Assembly: GCA_001643675.2 (NCBI GenBank)
Contig: LSRY02000013.1
Span: 620,001-684,000, forward strand
Source of the DNA: Monocercomonoides exilis PA203
Lineage: Eukaryota > Protista > Preaxostyla
Direction of reading: 5' to 3'
DNA: 64,000 bases
This document shows positions 58,301-64,000 of this stretch, in pieces. Position 1 is the stretch's first letter; every line of letters starts with the position of its first letter. The position numbers and the translations under genes are program-made. Below the pieces are notes generated by a model. It worked only from the letters and a program-made list of their open reading frames with translations, was not told the origin of the DNA and made no database searches.

Positions 58301-61300
58301 GGGATGAGAATGGATGCTGATTATGTGAGTGATGAAGAGGACAATCAAGATGGAATGATGAATGAAGAAGCACAAGGCACCGCTGCAGGTGGCTCTGCAT
58401 CAGCTTCATCATCATCGTCCTCTTCGGCTCCTCCTCCACCACCTCCTCCAAAATCATCATCATCTTCTTCCTCCTCCTCTTCTTCTTTAACATCTTCCTC
58501 TTCCTCTCTTTTCATTCAGCCCATCCGGCCAGAGCAGATTCCGCTATCTGCCCAAGGCGCAGCTCTTCTGCGTGAGTACCAAAGGGCACCGATGGTCGAT
58601 CCAAACGACCCCCGTCTGCATTCTGTGCTGGACACGAACACAATCCCAATTGCGAGCTATGCACCAGAAAGAATGTATCAAGATGCATCACAGCAGAAGT
58701 TAGACAGCCCAATCGACAGATCGGACAGAGACAGTAGAGCAGGCAAAAGTGGAGAGGCAAAGGCAGCAGGGGGAGAAATGGCAGATGTGGATGAGATGCA
58801 GCCTGTCCCATCCATTCGTCTGTCTGCACCTTGCTTCTCTCTCAAAGATGATGACAAGGATGTCATGTTCCGCCCAACGAGGACACATCTTGAGGCGCCG
58901 ACTGTTGCACCTCCGCTTCTCTCTCTTGCAGGTGCCAGAGGAGCAAAGACAGACAAAGTGACTGGGAAGGAGATGGAGTCTGGGCTGTCTGCAGCAGCTC
59001 GCGAGGCGCTGAAGAAGAAGCAAGAGGCAGCAGCGATTGATTATGCACGGATACACCCGCTCATGCGACGAGAGGCAAAGCTGAAGGAGTTTGCGCAGAA
59101 TGCGAAGCTGGCGATGGATGCCGAGCGGGCGAACAGAAGGAAAGAAAGGGCAGGTTCTTCGTTCCGGGCGATTGTGAAGGAGTGGGATCTTGCGAGTGTG
59201 TTTGACGATGTCTACGAGGCCTTCACGCTGTTTGATGCGCGAAGACGGATCATCCCGAAACACCGTCTGGTTGGAGTGAAGAGGCAGACAGAAGCACAAC
59301 CAGAGAAGCTGCAGCTGTTTGTGCATGTCATCCAAGGCAGCGCCATCCCCACGCGAAGAGAGTCGATGGTGCCTGACATCGACCCAGCCACTTCCTCTGC
59401 CAGTCGATCTGCTCTGTCTGCCATTTCCCCTCCGCAGCTCCGCTCTTTCCAGACACTCGGCACACTCGCCAGGTCGATGGCTGTTGGAAGAGGCACAGAC
59501 TTCTCCATGCTTGGCCAGTCTGCTTCGGCTTCTTCTTCTTCATCTTCATCGTCTTCTTCTTCATTTATGATGAGAGAGGAGCCCATCATATCTTCGAATG
59601 TGATCATCGAGGCATCGTTTATGGGACAATACCGAATCACATCGCCTGTTCCAGGGCCAGATCCAACATGGAACGAGACAATGATCTTTGACTTTGGCAA
59701 GTTTGGAGAAGATTTGGAGGAGAAAGGAGAGAGAGAAAGAGAAGAAATGGAAAGAGAAGAAACTGCAGATCTTTCTGCAACCACAGCTTCTCTTTCATCT
59801 TCATCCTCTTTTTCATCATCCTCCTCCTCCTCTTCTTCCTCTTCCTCTTCTTCTCCATCATCATCAAACACTCCCAGCTGGATGCGTCCGAAGGCCAAAG
59901 GCACACCCTCCAAGCTGTCTGTTGTACTGTCGGGTGCGATGAGAGGAATGGAGCAGTTCCAAAATGAGGCAGAAGACACACAGCTGAAGCAGAAAGCAGC
60001 GCCTGTCGAGATCCGCCCGTACACCTCACGGGACGTCTCGCGGATGGACAACTCACTCCGGCTGGATGTGTTTGATGTGATTACAATGTCCACTGAACGC
60101 AACCCCCGCTCACCTGAGACTGTTTCTGTGCGGGTGGAGAAGAGGTGGCTGGGCGGTGTTTCATTTCCGATGTCGTCACTCCACTCGCATCAGTGCGACT
60201 TCAGAGGCACTTTCCCAATCACTGTGCCTTATTCGTCTGTCGCATACCGCTCCCTCTCAACAGCTGCCATTGCGTCAATGCGAGGGCATTCCTTTGGCTT
60301 CACCGCAGACGAGAGGCAGACAGCTGTGGAAGGATCGGCCTTCAACAGGACAGTCGAAGAAGGAACAGCAGTTCCACAGCCATCGCTTTCTGTGTATGTT
60401 TCCACTCGCCCTTTGCTTGCGCCGCTGAGCAGGCATCCTGCAGAGGAAGATCCAGAGCAGGTGAATGGAGAGACGAATGAGGAGGAGTGGATTGTGGATA
60501 AATTGAAGCAGTGGAAGAGGAAGTATCTGCATGACTGGCACAACTACTACAGAAATGTGGAGTTTATGGGGATGAACATGGAAGGAAATGACTGTCTGAT
60601 CACAAGATATATCCTTCCACAGAAGCCTCCTCCAGGTTTGATTGCTAAAATTCATTTTGTATTAATTTACCAACTTTAAATGCTAATTCGGTTCAATTGA
60701 ATCTTATAACATTATTTCCAAAATAAAAATCTTTAAATATTTCAATTTCATATTTTATTGTTTGCATATTCATTTTCACATTTCATTTGTTAGGTCTATC
60801 AAAACTGGAAGAAGTGTTTCGATATGTCAGCCTCATTCCATATGTTCCTGATTTGGATGTGCTTGGCGATCGATCGAATGTCTATTTGAGAACAAATGAG
60901 GTATTTAGCGTTAGTCCTTTTTGTTATCTATGCTTTCTTTTTTTGTAATATGTTTATCATTCTTGTATTTATTTATGCCAAATTTCTTTTCTCTTTCACT
61001 CTTTCTTTCACTTGTCATTTTTCTTTTTCTTAAAAAAAATGCAGTTTTTGAGCATTCTTTCAGGCGATGGAAGTGAACACTCGAATCTTTTGATCAATTA
61101 TTTCCTGTCTCTGAATGTGACAGCATTTCTTGTGTATGGCTGGGCGTTTCCAGAGGGAAAAACCAGTTGGGTGCTAACAACATCTGACGGTCCGTTGAGA
61201 CTGTGGAATGCAAGGTGCGATTAACTATATTACTATTATGATTACTTTCAATAATGATATCTATTTCAATCATTGTTATAATTCATTTCTTTTATTATTC

Positions 61301-62371
61301 ATTTGTAATTTTTCTTTTCCCTCATCATTTTTATTCCCCACCCAGCACTGGCAAAGTGTATCTCGTCACAGATCCACTATGCCCCCTTGAGCTTGTTGGG
61401 ATGGTGGCCAACCAAGACAACATCTGGCTCAACCGCAACAGCTCCGGAAAGCCCTTCGAAATGGAGTGGAACATCGAGCAGCCCAACGGCAAGTGGGAGC
61501 CTTTCTTCAAGCCGCCCCGCTTTCCCATGCCTGAGTCCCTGAAGGAGTCGCAGCAGCCGGCGGTGCTTGTCTACCAGCCGACGCCGCCGAACTACAGCAG
61601 AGACATCGAGTATGGCATAGAGCAGACGCTGTGGAAGGATTTGGAGGCAGAGGTGAATGCAAGACACAGGAGACTGATCAAGAACAGGCAGTGTGCGTCG
61701 CTTCTGAAGCCAATTTTGAGAAGGCTGGAGAAGGACAAGATGAGACACTACTTGGCGTTTCTGGAGGAGCAGCAGAGAGAAGCAGCACATCAGACGCAGC
61801 AGGGACAAGGGCAAGGACAATCACAACAGGGCAGCATACATCAGACTGTGCTGTGTGATCTGCAACTGCCACAGGACGGTGATATTCATGATGATGGAAC
61901 TGAGTTTGTGATTAGCTTTGCATGTTTTTTAGAATTGGAATAATTTTTTTAACAAAATTTATGAATGATGAATCGTTCTAATTATTAAATATTTTTTATT
62001 TTCATATTTATTTTTTAACAGGTTTACAGATGCCAAGCATCAAGAGTATCTTTCACAAGTTTTGGAGACTTATTACACACACGGGATGATCATCAATGTT
62101 CCTTGGACAGGCTTAGACGAAATTAAGGTTAGAATAAGTTTTTGATTCAATTTTCATAATTTCTCTTGCTTTTGAATGAATTTCACAAAAAATATTGCAA
62201 TGTTATAATTATATCTTATAATAGAAATTGGCTAAAAAAGCAGAAATATTTTCTGTCAGCTCTCCAAATGTTGAATTTGCACTGAGTGTGTATGTGTGTT
62301 CATACCCAAGCTATGTGATATCTGTCTGGATATATTTGATGGCTGTTATTCCAAAGAGAGGCAGATTCTGA
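55335..62371 (+). CDS. CC2D2A: Ciliary transition-zone protein CC2D2A/MKS6; exons 55335-55382, 55429-55491, 55554-55818, 55869-60635, 60794-60900, 61045-61214, 61346-61903, 62022-62127, 62225-62371
   Basis: All 8 GT-AG introns keep frame. Family-like blocks: PYYLSDDGLFTG...EHRLL, C2-like LFVHVIQG / GPDPTWNE / KRWLG, RYVSLIPY, FLSILSGDGSEHSNLLINYFL...PEGKTSWVLT, and C-terminal VEFALSVYVCSYPSYVISVWIY. The start exon is less certain. Confidence 0.88.
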
Positions 62372-62932
62372 GAGAAACATAATTCATTGAATTTTTTCAA
62401 TTATTAATGAGTATTTGGCATTTGTCATTCGATTTCTTGTGGCTCCGAGTCCATATCATCTGATCCATAAATATGATTCATTGAGGAAAAATTAGAAAAT
62501 GAAGGGGCGTTTTAATAACATCATTGAAGGATAAATTTGCCACAATTTCGATACTGATGAATTTATTTGCAATTCTTGAAAGAGGCTCCTTTTTCAAAAA
62601 ATTTATGAAATTATCAACCTCAAGATCGCCTCTTAAAATGCAAAGTAACTTGCGTTGCTTTATCCAATTATTTGCGATTTCTAGAAAGATGCATTATCTT
62701 ATTTGTTTCATCCGAGAGAGTAAATCGAAGTGTATTTTGCATATCTGTTCTATTTTAAAATTTATTACTCTCTCATTTTTTATTTTGTATCCTTTTTGTT
62801 GAAATAATGTACATTAGTTAGTTTGCATTTTATTTTTTTGAAAATGCTTTTTAAAAAACTGTGAATCAAAGCATGCATATAAATGAAATAACAAAAATTG
62901 AATGAATTTTTGGAAAAGATGTCACTCTTTTA

Positions 62933-64000
62933 ATGAAGGGACAGATCATAATAACATCCAAAAATGGTGTGAATTCTTTGAATATTCATATTTGTTCAAC
63001 GATATCTATTCTAATATTTTAATTATAATTGTTAGGGAGGAGAACAATCGTCAGGCAAGCCAACGACAACAACTAATGCCTCAACAATTATTTGGACAGA
63101 AGCTGGTCTGACGGACATTCCAAAAGAATCTCTAAAGTTTACAAAAGTGCAGACTATGAATCTTTCATCTAATTTGATAGCTTCGGTACCAGAACATATC
63201 CAGAAACTGAAAAATCTCACGTCACTAAACCTCGCAAATAATTGCATAACTGTCATTCCAAAGTACATTTCAGTTGCATCAAATATTAGATAGTATGAGC
63301 GTTTTGTTTTTCTATAAATTTATTATGAGCGTTGACTTTTTTTCTTTGAATATTTAAGTTTATCTTTATCGAATAACAAGATTCGCTTAATAAGTGAACA
63401 ACTTTGCTATTTACCTCATTTAGAGGTTTTAGATTTAAGTTATAATGAAATTGTTACTCTGCCTGGAAGAATTGGAGACCTAAGAAATTTGAAAGAATTA
63501 TATTTACACTTCAATCTCCTTGTTGATGTTCCTGATTCTTTTGGCGATCTACAACTTTCAAAGCTCACGCTTGATGAGAATCCTCCGCTTTCTCCTGCTC
63601 TTGCGCGATTGTGCGAAGGTGGGTGCGGAGATCAAGCCCGCTTCATCACTTCATTTGTTCGTTTTCGCAGAATCACACAACTGCCAGCTGGCTTTTCTGC
63701 ACAGCTTTCACCAGAGAAAGGCGTACCTTATTTCTACAACATTGACTCCAAAACTTCGTCTTGGATTGATCCGCGCTATTTCATGTTTCTGAACACTCTT
63801 TCGTTTTATGAGAGAAGGCTATTTTCATTTGCAGGGCAGCCTCCATCGATGATGATGCCATTAATTCCAATTTCACAGACTCCAACTTCTTCTTCTCCAA
63901 CATCACCAGCAACACTTGCTCTTCTTTCTTCTCCCTTCGGAACTGTCCCCCAGCCCTCGCTTGCTGTTGCTGCCGCAGCTGCTGTGGCTGCTGCCTCTGC
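62933..64000 (+). CDS. Leucine-rich-repeat protein with a WW domain (3' truncated by window end); exons 62933-62968, 63036-63292, 63359->64000
   Basis: LRRs: VQTMNLSSNLI, LTSLNLANNCI, YLSLSNNKI, LEVLDLSYNEI, LKELYLHFNLL. Then LPAGFSAQLSPEKGVPYFYNIDSKTSSWIDPR (WW-like). Absent from the ORF track because the gene is split by introns and runs off the window. Confidence 0.8.

Overview
Eukaryotic protist DNA with AT-rich intergenic regions, short GT-AG introns and the standard genetic code. The gene families suggest an oxymonad such as Monocercomonoides (inference). From left to right: (1) a very long ER-type Hsp70 (Grp170/HYOU1-like) gene with one intron; (2) a full-length but decayed DIRS1-type tyrosine-recombinase retrotransposon (~5911-11941) whose two termini and internal complementary region can be read from the sequence; (3) a foldback-like element with TIRs built from tandem repeats; (4) a lineage-specific helical-protein gene, a compound microsatellite and gene debris; (5) the main finding, a ~30 kb convergent locus of two intronless ~3965-aa receptor-like proteins (beta-helix-like ectodomain, TM helix, pseudokinase) whose 3' ends form near-identical 3.7 kb inverted arms around a 1.2 kb spacer holding a Rab-like GTPase with degenerate G1/G3/G4/G5 motifs; (6) two MITE-like elements; (7) a 9-exon CC2D2A/MKS6 gene; (8) the 5' part of an LRR+WW gene. 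All alignments and splice models were done by eye and no searches were run.
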